A stretch of 64,000 bases of DNA from Heterodontus francisci (lineage: Eukaryota). This document shows, piece by piece, positions 11,247 to 23,692 of this stretch (positions are counted from its first letter, which is position 1; every line of letters starts with the position of its first letter). The stretch lies in the NCBI RefSeq assembly GCF_036365525.1, contig NC_090410.1, positions 12,134,062 to 12,198,061 on the forward strand, read 5' to 3'. Under the pieces are notes generated by a model that saw nothing but the letters and a program-made list of their open reading frames with translations, was not told the origin of the DNA and did not search any database. Position numbers and translations under genes: made by a program.

Positions 11247-14138
11247 TAGAATCTTTCTCGCCCCTTTGCCTTCAGGCACTATCTCGGGGAATAGTGCCAG
11301 GGGTCACTGGCTCTCACTGAGACACCGTTACACATGTGCCACCTATCCTCTGGTACCTCACCCAGGTGGCAGTTCTTCATGGCTTAGTCCAGACAGTCAG
11401 TACTAACTAGACTGATACTGAAAGCAGGCGGAATTGATCTGCGAGGGTGCGTGTTTGAAAAATTGAGATGCTTTTTAACCTCAATCAGTCTAGGACTTGG
11501 GGCAGAGTAAATGAAATTCCTCAATGTTCTGGCCAAACGTCACCGGTACCGCTCCGATATCCAGTGTCGGAGGTGCACAGTGAAAAAAAAAACTTCAACA
11601 AAAAACAAATGGGCACAGCTGGGCTTATTCATAAAGCAGGATAAATAAAAATGAACATAAAATAGTGTCTGTAGCACCAGGTCCCGGCATTCTGGTCCAA
11701 CAGTTATAATAACTTGCATTTATGTAGTGCCTTCGATGTAGTAAAATATCCTAAGGTGATTCCCACAAATGTAACACTGAGGCACATAAGGTGACATTAG
11801 AACAGGTGACCCAAAAACTGGATCAGAGGTTTTTTTGAAAGGAGCCTCTGAAGAAGTGGGAGAGGTTTAGGGAGGGAATTCCAGAGCTTAGGGCCAAAAC
11901 GGTTGAAGGCACGGCCACTAATGGTGGAGTGTTGGAAATTCGGGATGTGCAAGAAAGACATTTCAGCAGCTGGACAGGTTATTGTTGCTGCCCTAAAGCC
12001 AGCAACAGGTAGAGTGCACACGTGATGCTTCACTCTTACTCTCATCATACCTTTTAGCAGGATCCCCTCAAACATTTTCCCCCAACTGAGATGACCAGGT
12101 CACCAGCTTAATATCTACGCAACCATTTTTGTTGTGTTTCCTACTTCTTTTATACGACCCCCCTCCCTTTAGTCCCTTAGCACCACCCTCAACATTTCTG
12201 TCACCTCCTTGTCAGTGATTTCACCACCCACCCCCCCCCCCCCCCCCCACCATAGCATTTCCCTGTTTCCCAAAAAATTAACCCTCACTTCTGGTAGAGA
12301 TATAACAGTTTGAAAAGTCAATCCCTCGCTTCTAGGAAGTCGAGGGGGGGAGGGGGAGGGGGGAAAGAGAGAGAGAGAGAGAGTGACGTGCAAGCTTCCT
12401 CTGTGATCCAATAAAAGCTGTGGAACATATCTGCACTGTTTTCATACACTATCACTTTCCCCATTACGCCTTTCAAAGGCCCCAATTGTTTAAGCCACAA
12501 TCCCATTGTGTGCAGTCATCATTTTATTTTTAAAACCATAATAACAGCACCTTATATTCCCGGCCATTACTCAACCTGAAGATCCCCAATTGAGGAATCT
12601 CTCTGCTTTGCCCACGTTTTTTGAATTATCTGCATTGTGCTCACATAGGTTTTTTAAATTTGATAATAACCGATATCTTTCCCCTTATCCCAAGCAATAG
12701 TACCTCTGCTGTATCGCTACTGAACACTATTTCCCTTCACATCTCCTTTATATACATAGAGTAAAGCCTCCTCTATTTAGCCCCAAGAATGCACCTCACC
12801 CGGCACTCAAAATGCGGCCCCTTACTGCACCAATTTGGCACGTGGTTGCATCCTGTGTCCCGTCAGAGGAAGACTCCCAGTTTTTGGGATGCGGAACTCG
12901 TGGAGACTTGTATCCCATCCTTCGGGGCTGGATCTGAACTCCTGATTCCCAGCACACGATTTCTAATCCCCCTGCACCTCCCTACAAGAGAAATTGTCTT
13001 GGCTGTTGTCAAATGCAGTGTCTTTGGTCCTGAAATTAAGAGTTATTATTTCACCCAAATTGAAGTTAGTGATGCACAGGTGTATTTTATTTATTTTTCA
13101 AAAGCATTTTTATTGCATATTTTAAAGAACAGATCGGTCGCGGCGCTGGGCTCACAGTGGTTTGAGTGAGAATGAGATACAGTTGGAAAAATGTCAACAT
13201 CAACTGAATTCTATTGCCCTACATGCAGGACTAGACTAGGGTTGGACTGTGATAAATCCCAGTGATAATCACACTAAGGATCTTCTGCGAGTCAGGACAC
13301 AACACTTCTTTTGGCGAGTTAGGGAATTTCTTTATAGACTAAAGAAACAGGATTGATTGCGGCAGATAACAGACTCTATCTCATATATAGGGGTCAGCAC
13401 ACCTGGAACTTTACCCCAGCCCAGGTCAACGACTAAGGGGAAAAAAAAGTCCCCTCCATTTTTTTTTTTAAAATGTTGTTCAAATGGCACATTTTGCTCA
13501 TGATTTATCACATTTCCTTTTGTGGGATCTTGCTGTGTGCAAATTGGCTGCTGCATTTCCTACTTTACAACAGTGACTACACTTGAAAAGCAATTCATTG
13601 GCTGTAAAGCACTTTGGGGTGTCCTGTGGCAGTGAAAGGCGCCATATAAATGCAAGTTCCTTCCGTTTATTTAAAAAGAGGGAATACTTGTGGATTATTT
13701 GGAATTAAGTTGATCGGAGTTTAAAAATACAGACACACGCAGTCTCTCAACTAGTGCAGCTCACAGAATTTTTTTTTTGACTGGAGTTTAAAAATAGAGA
13801 GCGCTGGGCGGATGGTCTGTGGAACATGGCAATTAGTGAAGAGTCATTCCTGTAAAGCTGCCAGAGGGAACCCTTCTGGGATGAGCTGCCAGCTACTGTT
13901 TGCAGGTAACAGAAGGGATCTGCTCCTTAACAGCCCCCTCCCCTCACCTTCTCAGCGAGCAGATCCCAGTTCACTCAGGCAGCCATACCAGGAAATACAG
14001 GGTTTTCCCCAGGCACAGCAATGTGAAGAAGCGGTCAACATCACTCAGCAATGCCACAGCTCTCCTTTCAATGGTCTCTCCACGGTTCAGTCAGTAGTGG
14101 GCAGCACCCGCAGACCGAGCCTTTCCTCGTCAGGCTGC

Positions 14139-14169
14139 TTAGAGACTCCTCCTTCTTGCTGTGGGGCAT
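14139..14169 (-). CDS. VEGF/PlGF-family exon 7 (terminal, CPTARRRSL*)
   Basis: Long pyrimidine tract-CAG acceptor; resembles PlGF CGDAVPRR / VEGFA CDKPRR; the seven exons total 495 nt = 164 aa + stop. Confidence 0.85.
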
Positions 14170-14757
14170 CTGAAAGAAAGAGAGAGAAGAGGGAAAACCA
14201 TTCTGTTCTGCTCGGAGTCCTGAGGCTTCTGTTACAGAGAAGCCCACCCTGGAACATGAGGACTAGGAGGACACCATTGACCCTCCCGAAGCGTTAGATC
14301 ATGGCTGATCTACACTTCAACTCCACTTTCCTGCCTTTGCTCCATATCCCTCGATACCCTTACCCCACAAAAATCTAATTACCATGGCAGAAAAAAATGA
14401 CAGACCTCTGGCGTGCAGTCCTGGCAGTGCCACCTGCGTTAAGCTGCAAGTCCTAGGATTTGCCAATGCCAAAGGCAGCAGCTGTGCTCATTGGATCAGA
14501 GCTCCTGCTGTCGAAAATGCAAAACGCCAAATTTTAAAAAAGGTCTTAATTTAGTCAAAAGGCAGCGATGGGATTCGTTTAAAGACTCTACACAGAAAGA
14601 AAACTAATAACCCATTTACTGACCACATTATAAACAACAATCATGTATAACGGAAGCAGGCGACTCCTTTTCACCACCCCTACCCCATGAGTATAACAGA
14701 AGCAGGCAATACCTCTCTGCCCCCGCACCAGTACATACACAATGATTATAGACTCAC

Positions 14758-14823
14758 TGGTTAAGCTCAGACATGTCTCCCATCTTTGTGCGCCTCCTCT
14801 GACCTTTCCTCTTGACGTTTCTC
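14758..14823 (-). CDS. VEGF/PlGF-family exon 6, basic heparin-binding cassette
   Basis: ctttcag| RNVKRKGQRRRTKMGDMSELN(Q) |GTGAGT; 66 nt, symmetric phase 2/2, analogous to the PlGF-2 basic exon. Confidence 0.85.
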
Positions 14824-14949
14824 CTGAAAGAACAAATGCGTCTCTTGAGAAAAAGATGGGGAAGGTTCAGGTTTTAAAGAAAGATTTTTGTAGGCGGGTT
14901 TCTTAAGTCCTGGAGTTTGTTGTTCCAGAAGCAGAAATTCTTCCTGTAC

Positions 14950-14979
14950 CTTTCACCTTTCAATCGTTTCCGCCGTGGT
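14950..14979 (-). CDS. VEGF/PlGF-family exon 5
   Basis: (T)n-TAG| (R)PRRKRLKGE(R) |GTACAG; 30 nt as in VEGFA/PGF exon 5. Confidence 0.88.
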
Positions 14980-15009
14980 CTAAAAAAAAAAGAGAGAGAT
15001 ATATTGAGG

Positions 15010-15500
15010 TGATCTTAGATTGATAGTGCAGAATGAGAAAGAGGCCATTCAGCCCATCATACCTGTGTTGGCTCTTTGAAAGAGCTGTCCAATTAGAGCC
15101 ATTCTCCTGCACTTCCTTACAGCTTGCAAATTCAAGTATTGTTCCAATTTCTTTTTACATCACTACTGAATCCGCTTCCACCACCCTTTTGGACAATGCA
15201 TTCCAGATCACAACAGGTCACTGGGTAAATAATTTCTCATCTCCCCTCTGGTTCTTTCGCTAATGACCTTAAATCTGTGCCCTCTGGTTACCGACCCTCC
15301 TGCCAGTGGAAACAGTTTCTCCTTATTTACTCTATCAAAACCCTTCGTGATTTTGAACACCTCCATGAAATCTCCTCATTACCTTCTCTCTTCCAAGGAG
15401 AACAATCTCAGTTTCTCCAGTCACTCCATATAACTGAAGTCCAACGTAACTGGTACCATTCCAGTAAATCTCTTCTGCACCCTCTCCAAGGCCTTCATAA
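15010..15500 (-). mobile_element. Degenerate CR1 3' fragment
   Basis: GGCCATTCAGCCC end motif and RT C-terminal remnants. Confidence 0.7.
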
Positions 15501-16115
15501 ACCAGAATCAGCCTGGTTGCACTGCTATTAAACAGAGTGAAAAGCTCTATCACAGATTCCAGGAAGATCCAGTTCCCCCCACCCCTGGGATCTGTGGATG
15601 TTGAGTTAGTGTTCAGCCACTGCACAGCACTGGGACTACAACTGGCTGCAGTGTTCCTAGGTTGAAGGAGAGGGAAATCAGGTAAGCCGCTGACCACTAT
15701 CCAGTGACTCCTGCCAGAGAGATGTTAGAGGAGGAGCAGTTAGGACTCAGTTGTGATGTCCCATTTGGCTAATTGACCTGCTGACACTCACTCACCAGCT
15801 GCACACAAAGATGGGCCACTTGGGTTAGTTACCAGAGAGAGTCTGTCAGCACTTGGTGGGGAACAGACATGTACCACAGCGCCCAGAGGAAGCCCATACT
15901 CTAGCGTGAGTCAGTGCCCAGATCACCCATAACCCATTAAAAGTCAGTGCCCACGGAACACATAACCCTAGTGAGAGTCAGCGCCCAGGGAAAGTCAACA
16001 TTTAATCTGATACAAGCCCATTTCAGCTGAGGCTCACCACCACCGTCTCAAGGGCAATAAATGTTGGCCTTGCCAGCGATGCCCACATCCCATGAATAAA
16101 AGAGAAAGTTCTTAC

Positions 16116-16195
16116 CGACATTCACAGCTGCTATGCTCGGTAAAGATCTTCTCCTCCTGCCTAGTCACATGTTCCAAAGGTTTTAATTTAATGAC
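16116..16195 (-). CDS. VEGF/PlGF-family exon 4 (loop 3 and CEC)
   Basis: ttcag| VIKLKPLEHVTRQEEKIFTEHSSCEC(R) |GTAAGA; conserved F-x-x-H-x-x-C-E-C; 80 nt. Confidence 0.93.
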
Positions 16196-16464
16196 CTGAA
16201 AAACATATTATTTCAAAATGATTTATCTGAAAACGACAGGTGCTCTTGCATGATTGAGAAAGGCAGATTTCCTCAGTTAACCAAGTACGTCACTCAGTAA
16301 ATACCCCAGGGTCGGCAGTGAACTAACACACTGTCTCCTCACTCCACCCACCCACCCACCCACCCAGGAGTACAATTCTTAATATACCTGCCAAAATTTC
16401 CTCGAAACCTCCTCTCCTCCAAGGATAACAATCCTAGCTTCGCCAATCTCTCCATGTAACTCGA

Positions 16465-19400
16465 GTCATAGAGCACAGAAACAGGCCCTTCGGCCTAATG
16501 CGCTAGCGCCGACCATCAAGCACCCGTCCTAACTAATCCCATTTCCCCACACCTGGCCCATAGCCTTGTATGTTATGGCGTTTCAAGTGCTCATCTAAAT
16601 ATTTCTTGAATGTCATGCGTGTTCCTGCCTCTACCACCCCTAAAGGCAGTGTGTTCCAGATTCCAACCATCCTCTGGGTGAAAAAATTCCTCCCCAACTC
16701 CCCTCTAAACCTCCTACCCCTTACCTTAAATCTATACCCCCTAGTTATTGACCTCTCCGCTAAGGGGAAAAAGTTTCTTCCTATCTATCCTATCAATGCC
16801 CCTCAAATTTTGTATACCTCAATTAGGTCCCACCTCAGCCTTCTCCGCTCCCAAGAAAACAACCCCAGCCTATCTAGTCTCTCTTCATAACTGAAATGCT
16901 CCAACCCAGGCAACATCCTAGTGAATCTCCTCTGCACCCTCTCCATTGCAATCACATCCTTCCTATAGTGTGACCAGAACTGTACACAGTAGTCCAACTG
17001 TGGCCTAACCTGCGTTTTATACAGCTCCATCATAACCTCCCTGCTCTTATATTCTATGCCTCGGCTAATAAAGGCAAGTATCCTATATGCCTTCCGTATG
17101 GAATATACAATGGATGGTAGAACTCTAGGAAGTACTGCTGCCTTCAGTGATCTATGGACAAGCACCCCAAGGTCCCTCTGACCCTCTGTACTCCCTAGGG
17201 TCCTACCATCCATTGGATATTCCATTGCCTTGTTAGACCCCCCCAAAGTGCATCAACTCACACTTCTCAGGATTAAACTCCATTTGCCACTGCTCTGCCC
17301 ATCTTACCAGCCCATCTATTTCGTCCTGTAGTCTAAGGCTTTCCTCCTCACTATTTACGACATCAATTTTCGTGTCGTCTGCGAACTTACTGATTATACC
17401 TCCTATATTCACATCTAAATCATTAATGATTTACAAACAGTAAGGGTCCCAGCACCGATCCCTGCAGTACACCACTGGTCACAGGCTTCCACTTGCAGAA
17501 ATAACCCTCGACGATCACCCTCCACCTCCTGCCACTAAGCCAATTTTGAATCCAATTTGCCAAATTACCTTGGATCCAATCTCCCATGCGGGACCTTATC
17601 AAAAGCCTTACTGAAGTCCATGTAGACTACATCAACTGCTTTACCCTCATCGACACACCTAGTCACCTCCTTGAAAAATTCAATCAAATTTGTTAGACAT
17701 GATCTCCCCTTGACAAAGCCATGCTGACTATCCCTGATTAATCCCTGCCTCTCCAAGTGGAGATTAATCCTGTCATCAGAATTTTTTCCAATAGTTTCCC
17801 TACCACTGGTGTTAGACTCACCGGCCTGTAATTACCTGGTTTATCCCTGCTGCCCTTCTTAAATAATGGTACCACATTCGCTGTCCTCCAATTCTCTGGT
17901 ACCCCTCCTGTGGCCAAAGAGGATCTGAAAATTTGTGTCAGAGCCCCCATTATCTCCTCCCTTACCTCACATAACAGCCTGGGATACATCTCATCTGTGC
18001 CTGGGGATATCCACCTTCAAGCCCGCTAAAACAGCTAGTACTTCCTCCTTTTCAATGCTAATTTGATCAAGTATATCACAATCCCTTTCCCTGATCACTA
18101 CACCTACATCGTTCCTCTCCATAGTGAACACAGATAAAAAGTAATCATTCAAAACCTCATCTATGTCCTCCGGCTCCACACACAGATTGCCTCTTTGATC
18201 CCTAATGGGACCCACTTTTTCCCTGGTTATCCTCTTGCCCCTAACATACTTATAAAACGCCTTGTAATTTTCCTTTATCTTGTCTGCCAGTGATTTTTCA
18301 TGCCCCCTCTTCGCTTTCCTAATTACTTTTTTTTTTAAATACTCCCCTACACTTTCTATACTCCTCTAGGGTCTCCGCTGTTTTCAGCACTCTGAATCTG
18401 CTATACGCCTCCTTTTTTTCCTTATCCAATCCTCTATATCCCTTGATATCTAGGGTTCCCTTGACCTGTTGGTCCTACCCTTCACCTTTACAGGAACATG
18501 CTGCACCTGAACCCTCACAATTTCCCTTTTAAATGATTCCCACTGATCTGATGTAGACTTTCCTTTAAGAAGCTGCTCCCAGTTCACTTTGGCCAGATCC
18601 TGTTTTATTATATTGAAATCGGCCTTCCCCCAATTCGGTACTCTTATTTCCGGACCCTCTATGTCCTTTTCCATAACAATCTTAAATCTTACAGAGTTAT
18701 GGTCACTATCCCCAAAATGCTCCCCCACTGCCACTTCTACCACTTGTCCGGCTTCATTCCCTAGCATTCAGTCCAGTACTGCTCCTCCTCTTGTCGGACT
18801 CTCTATGTGCTGGCTCAAAAAGCTCTCCTGAATGCACTTGAAGAATTCCGCCCCCTTTAAGCTTTTTGCACAAATACTATCCCCTCTAATATACGGGAAG
18901 TTGAAATCCCCTATTATTACCCTATTATTTTTACACCTCTCTGAGATATGCCAACATATCTGCTCCTCTATCTCTCCCTGACTGTTTGGAGGCCTGTAGT
19001 ACACTCCCAACCAAGTGACTGCCCCCTTTTTGTTAAGTTCTACCCATATGGCCTCATTAGAGGAACCTTCTAAGATATCATCCCTCCTTACTGCAGTAAT
19101 TGTCTCTTTAATCAACAGTGCAATGCCCCTATACCCCCTCCCCTATCACGTCTGAAGATTCTATACCCTGGGATATTAAGCTGTCAGTCCTGCCCTTCCA
19201 TCAACCATGTCTCAGTAATAACAATGATATCATATTCCCATGTGTTAATCAACACCCTCAATTCATCTGCCTTACTAGTAAGACTCCTTGTATTAAAATA
19301 GATACAATCCAGCCTCGCATTATTTGCCTGAGCGTTAACAGGTCTACATTTACTCTGACCTCCAGACTGACTTAGCTTCACATTTATATTTGGTTGTACA

Positions 19401-19835
19401 TCACCCCCTACTGTGGTTCCACTCTGTATCCCATCCCCCTGACAAATTAGTTTAAACCCCCCTCCCCCCACCCCAACAGCATTAGCAAACCTCCCAGCAA
19501 GGATGCTGGTCCCGTTCTGGTTCAGGTGCAACCCGTCCATCTTACACAGATCCCACCTTCGCCAGAAACAGGCCCAGTGACCCAAGAATCTAAAGCCCTC
19601 CCTCCTGCACCATCTCTCCAACCATGCATTCATCTGCTCTAACCTCCTATTCATATACTCACTAGCCCGTGGCACTGGAAGAAACCCAGCGATTACAACC
19701 TTTGAGGTCCTACTTTTTAAATCTACTGCCTAGCTCCCTAAATTCTTTTTGCAGGACCTCATCCCTCTTTCTACCTTTCTCATTGGTACCAACGTGGACC
19801 ACGACCTCCGGCTGTGCACCCTCACCCTCCAGAAT
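16465..19835 (-). mobile_element. Degenerate CR1 LINE (ORF1 C-terminal part, endonuclease, RT, 3' end)
   Basis: ORFs with DGLHLN, ITETWL, GDFN, SDHN, NYRPVSL, MDFSKAFDKVPH, YCVQFWS. Confidence 0.93.
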
Positions 19836-20569
19836 GACTGGTACCACTTTAACACCTTAATACGGATCTGTCCGGAGACAGGTCACATTGTTCTTATATG
19901 AAACAAAAAGCATGGTCATAGATTCCAAGTACGTCCAGTTTCCTGCCCTGGCTCCCTAGATGCAGAGTTGGCTCTCAGCCATTGCATAGACTGGGATTAG
20001 AGCTGGCTACAGTGCTCCTGAATTAAGGATGTGGAAAATCAGGTAGCTTCTTCTGACTACTATCCAGTGAAGAACGGGCATCAGAGCAGAGAGAATCCCA
20101 TCCTCATCTCGTGCACACCTTCCAGTTGGACTTGCTGACTGGGATCAGAAGTGGGATAGCTAGCTGATTTTGCTCTGCATCACCCAGGGGACAGACTGTG
20201 GACCCGCAAAGACTGACATGGCCAAGACCAGCTGGCTTGACACTCGTCCCTCTTTGCCTCAGTATTACACCACCTAGTGCACAAATCCACTGAGCCATTG
20301 GGTCTCATGAAAATTCTCCCATTGAAAGTCAAAATGTAACCTCTTGAGGTGAAGGTGCAGAATCCTGCTCTCTCCTTTTTGAGCTGCTGCACTGAATACT
20401 GGTGAACACCAGGAAGCAGAGTGGGGATTGTACCTACAGCAGAAATGTAGCTTCTCCCTCCCCATCCAATGGCTCAGTGGGCAAACAATTGCTCAACAGG
20501 GTTCTGAGCCACACAGGCAAACGGGTGCGTTTCCCTCACATGTAGAGTCACGTTGCGCATTTCCCTCAC

Positions 20570-20766
20570 CTGTATTGTTACGTTGTACATCTCCCGTGCT
20601 GTGCACCGCAGCTTCTCATCCCCACAGCAGCCGGCACATCGCAAGAGAGGAACGCAGGAGGGCTTGAAGATGTACTCAGACTCACTCGGAAACTCTCGGA
20701 CAACATCTACCAGCACCTCAATGGTTCGGCAGTAACTGCGATTCCAAACCTCCTCGAATGGCATCA
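20570..20766 (-). CDS. VEGF/PlGF-family exon 3, PDGF/VEGF cystine-knot domain
   Basis: (V)[65 protein letters not shown] contains the PSCVxxxRCxGCC signature; 197 nt, the size of VEGFA/PGF exon 3; ctcag| and |GTGAGG sites. Confidence 0.97.
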
Positions 20767-21159
20767 CTGAGAGGAACAAGATAAAAGCCAGGAGTAACAG
20801 AGCCACTGGCTTTGTACTCACACAGATTATTCTGAACTGGCAGACAGCGGGACCCCTGGTACTGGTTACAATATCAGAGCTTGCTCTCTATCCTAGTGGT
20901 CAAATGAAAGGCATCCTTGATTGACAAGAGTCCCCTTACAATCTGGTTGGATTCCTGGCGCGCCCGCAGGAGTAGTTCCATTAAAAAAAAAACAAGGACA
21001 AACTCTTGTTACCTCCAGACTTCACCATTCCAGTTCTCTCCTGGCTGGTTTCCCACTTCTCCCCTTCATTAGCTTAATTTCACTTAAAACGCTGCTGCCC
21101 GTCTCCTAACTCACAACCACTCTCACTGAGATTTAGTGGCTCCCGGTCCCCGTATGTCT

Positions 21160-21590
21160 CATACGGACTAGGAGCAGAAGTAGGCCATTCGGCCCCTCGA
21201 GCCTGCTCCGCCATTCAATAAGATCGTGGCTGATCTGTTTGTGTCTCGAATTCCACACTCCCATCTACCCCGATAATCTGTGATTCCCTTGCCTAACAAG
21301 AATCTATCTACCTCCGCCTTAAAAATATTCAATGATCCCGCCGCCACCATCTTCTGGGGCAGAGAGCTCCAAAGTCGCAAGAAAAAATTCTTGTTCTGGC
21401 TTAAAAGGGCGAGCCCTCATTTTAAAACAGTGCCCCCTAGTTCTGGGTCACCCACAAGAGGAAACATCCTTTCCGCATCCATCCTGACAAGACTGTTCAG
21501 GATCTTACAAACTTCAATCAAGTCTCCCCTCACTCTTCTAAACACCAGTGAAAACAAGCCCAGCCTGTACAACCTTTCCTCACAAGACAA
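21160..21590 (-). mobile_element. CR1 3' fragment
   Basis: LWSSLPQKMVAAGSLNIFKAEVDRFL. Confidence 0.8.
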
Positions 21591-23083
21591 CCGGTGTCAG
21601 TTTTAAAATGATCAGTCTTGTGCTCAAAACCCTCCAGGACCTCACCCCTCCTCATCACTAATCTTAGCCCTCCAAGATCTCTGCATTTATCTGATCTGGC
21701 CTCGTTAATCTCCCCTATTGGCGACCAGGCCTTAAGCTGTATAGGCCCCAAGCTCTGGAATTCCCTCCCCAAACCTCCCTCTCGTCCTTTAAGACGCTCT
21801 CATTAAAACCTACCTCTGATTGAAGCTTTTGGTCACCTGTCCTAATGTCTCCTCCTTTGGCTCAGTATCAATCTTTGTCTGTGAAATGCCTTGGGACACT
21901 TTACTGTGATACATTTGTATTTATAATCACGTAGCATCACATTCTGGGGGATGACCCAAGTGCTTCCCAGCCAATTAGAAGTACAGTCACTCGCTATACA
22001 GGAAAGCGCAGCAGCCAACCTTTACACAGCAAGATCCACAAGCAATCAGGTGAACCCGTGAGTGACGCGAGATCCACGTGCTTTCCCGATTACGCGGAAA
22101 CAATCATGGGGCAAAGGTCTGGCCGTGGAGACCCTGTGCATGTCCTTGGGATTTGGGAAGCTCCTTCACTTACCCACTGCATGAGCGGAAAAGGCATCTA
22201 GCAGCGTTCACTCAGCAATTTAACGCTGCACAAATGAGCCCAAGCAAAAGGCAGGAAGACAAGACACAAGAGAAACTGGTGCAAGCCAAAGAGCAGCAAA
22301 CAAGGGCAAAATCGCCCACTGCACTGTCCCTTCCTAAGGGTCAACGGATCGCGTGGTTTCAATAAGAGGCCTTCTATTCACTGCACCATTGCATTAGAAG
22401 GTGATCTCATGCTTCTAAATGCACTGTAGGTGTGGTATATGTAATAGCTGAGCATTTTGCTGTACTGCCCTCTCCATTGGGGAGGTGTAAACTAAAAGTT
22501 CCACAACGGGCTGCCTACAGTAAGACTCACGTTAGATTTACTCATTGAATACACAAAAGAAAGATGGCGATGAGGATGGGATTGAACATTCTTTTAACAT
22601 TTCATTCGAGAGATTATAGTCTGAAGAACATCGTGACACTTTTTTAGAACTCCTAAAGTCGATTTTGAGGACGTTTGAGCAATTTGAAAGTTTGCACTTT
22701 GGGGGTGTCCTGACTGAGATGTAACAGGAGACGATAAATAAAAGTTCATTCTTTATAGATCAACTCCAACTCACTTCTCCATCATTCCCCCCTCTGCCCC
22801 TGTTAAATAGGAGGGGAGGGGTTGTTCTTAGCCTGGGTGCCTTATTGGTGCTTAACTGAGTGACTGAATAGCGAATCCTGTGTGTCTTTTGGGGGGACGG
22901 AGGGGGAAAGAGGCATTTCTGTATTGCTACTCAATTGTACAGCACAGAACGAGGCCATTCAGCCCATTGTGCCTGTGCTGGCTCTGGAGCAGATTTGAGT
23001 TCATTTCACCCTGTGTGTCTTTATCCTGAAATTAATACTTAGTCTCCTGTATAACTGGATGTGTTCAGTTATCTACAGCTTAC

Positions 23084-23105
23084 CTTCTGGCGCGTGTTTG
23101 GACAG
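23084..23105 (-). CDS. VEGF/PlGF-family exon 2 (22-nt micro-exon, LSKHAPE + G)
   Basis: Strong acceptor (T)n-CCAG and donor AAG|GTAAGC; phase 0 in and phase 1 out, exactly bridging exons 1 and 3. Confidence 0.8.
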
Positions 23106-23360
23106 CTGGAAAAAAAAAAGAGAAATTAGGGTTTTTTTTTTTAAAGTCATCCCTCTCTCCATAACCACATGCTCCAACACACAACTCTTAATATGTAAAA
23201 TGCTGTATTGAAAAAATATTGCAATAATTTTCTTTCCACAACTTCGCTACCCATTGGATGAAAGCACCACATTTCCAACTTCCCTCCTTCCTTCATTTTA
23301 AAATTGCACGCCTAGAACTGATGGAGATGGAATGAATGAGATTTGTAGATAGTAGAGACA

Positions 23361-23692
23361 TAGGGTTGCCAACTCTGGTTCATGCATTCCTGGAGATTTC
23401 ATCACATGACTTCCCACCAACAGCCCCTCCCCTACGTTCCCGCCATTGACCACTTGACATGTCAATCCGACAGGGCTCCGCCTTCCCGTTACTGATTGGA
23501 AAGTAAACAGAGTCTTCATTACCCGATGAATCACCCACATAGGCACCAACTTCCATCTTCAATATTTTTAAAATTAACAAAAAAGTCTTATGAAAAACTA
23601 ACCAATTTATTTTAAATTGGCGCCTATAATGTTACTCCCAGGTTTGCTTGAGGCTGTGTATTGGAGATTAATTCTTTGAGTTGGCAACCCTA
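23361..23692. mobile_element. Non-autonomous DNA transposon (MITE) with perfect 15-bp TIRs TAGGGTTGCCAACTC
   Basis: TIRs at 23361-23375 and 23678-23692; the left end recurs at ~48145-48195. Confidence 0.85.

Noticed and set aside
20767-20821. Apparent signal peptide [18 protein letters not shown] in frame with VEGF exon 3
   Set aside because: Starts at a non-ATG codon and is the translated polypyrimidine tract of the acceptor; exons 1 and 2 supply a proper signal peptide.
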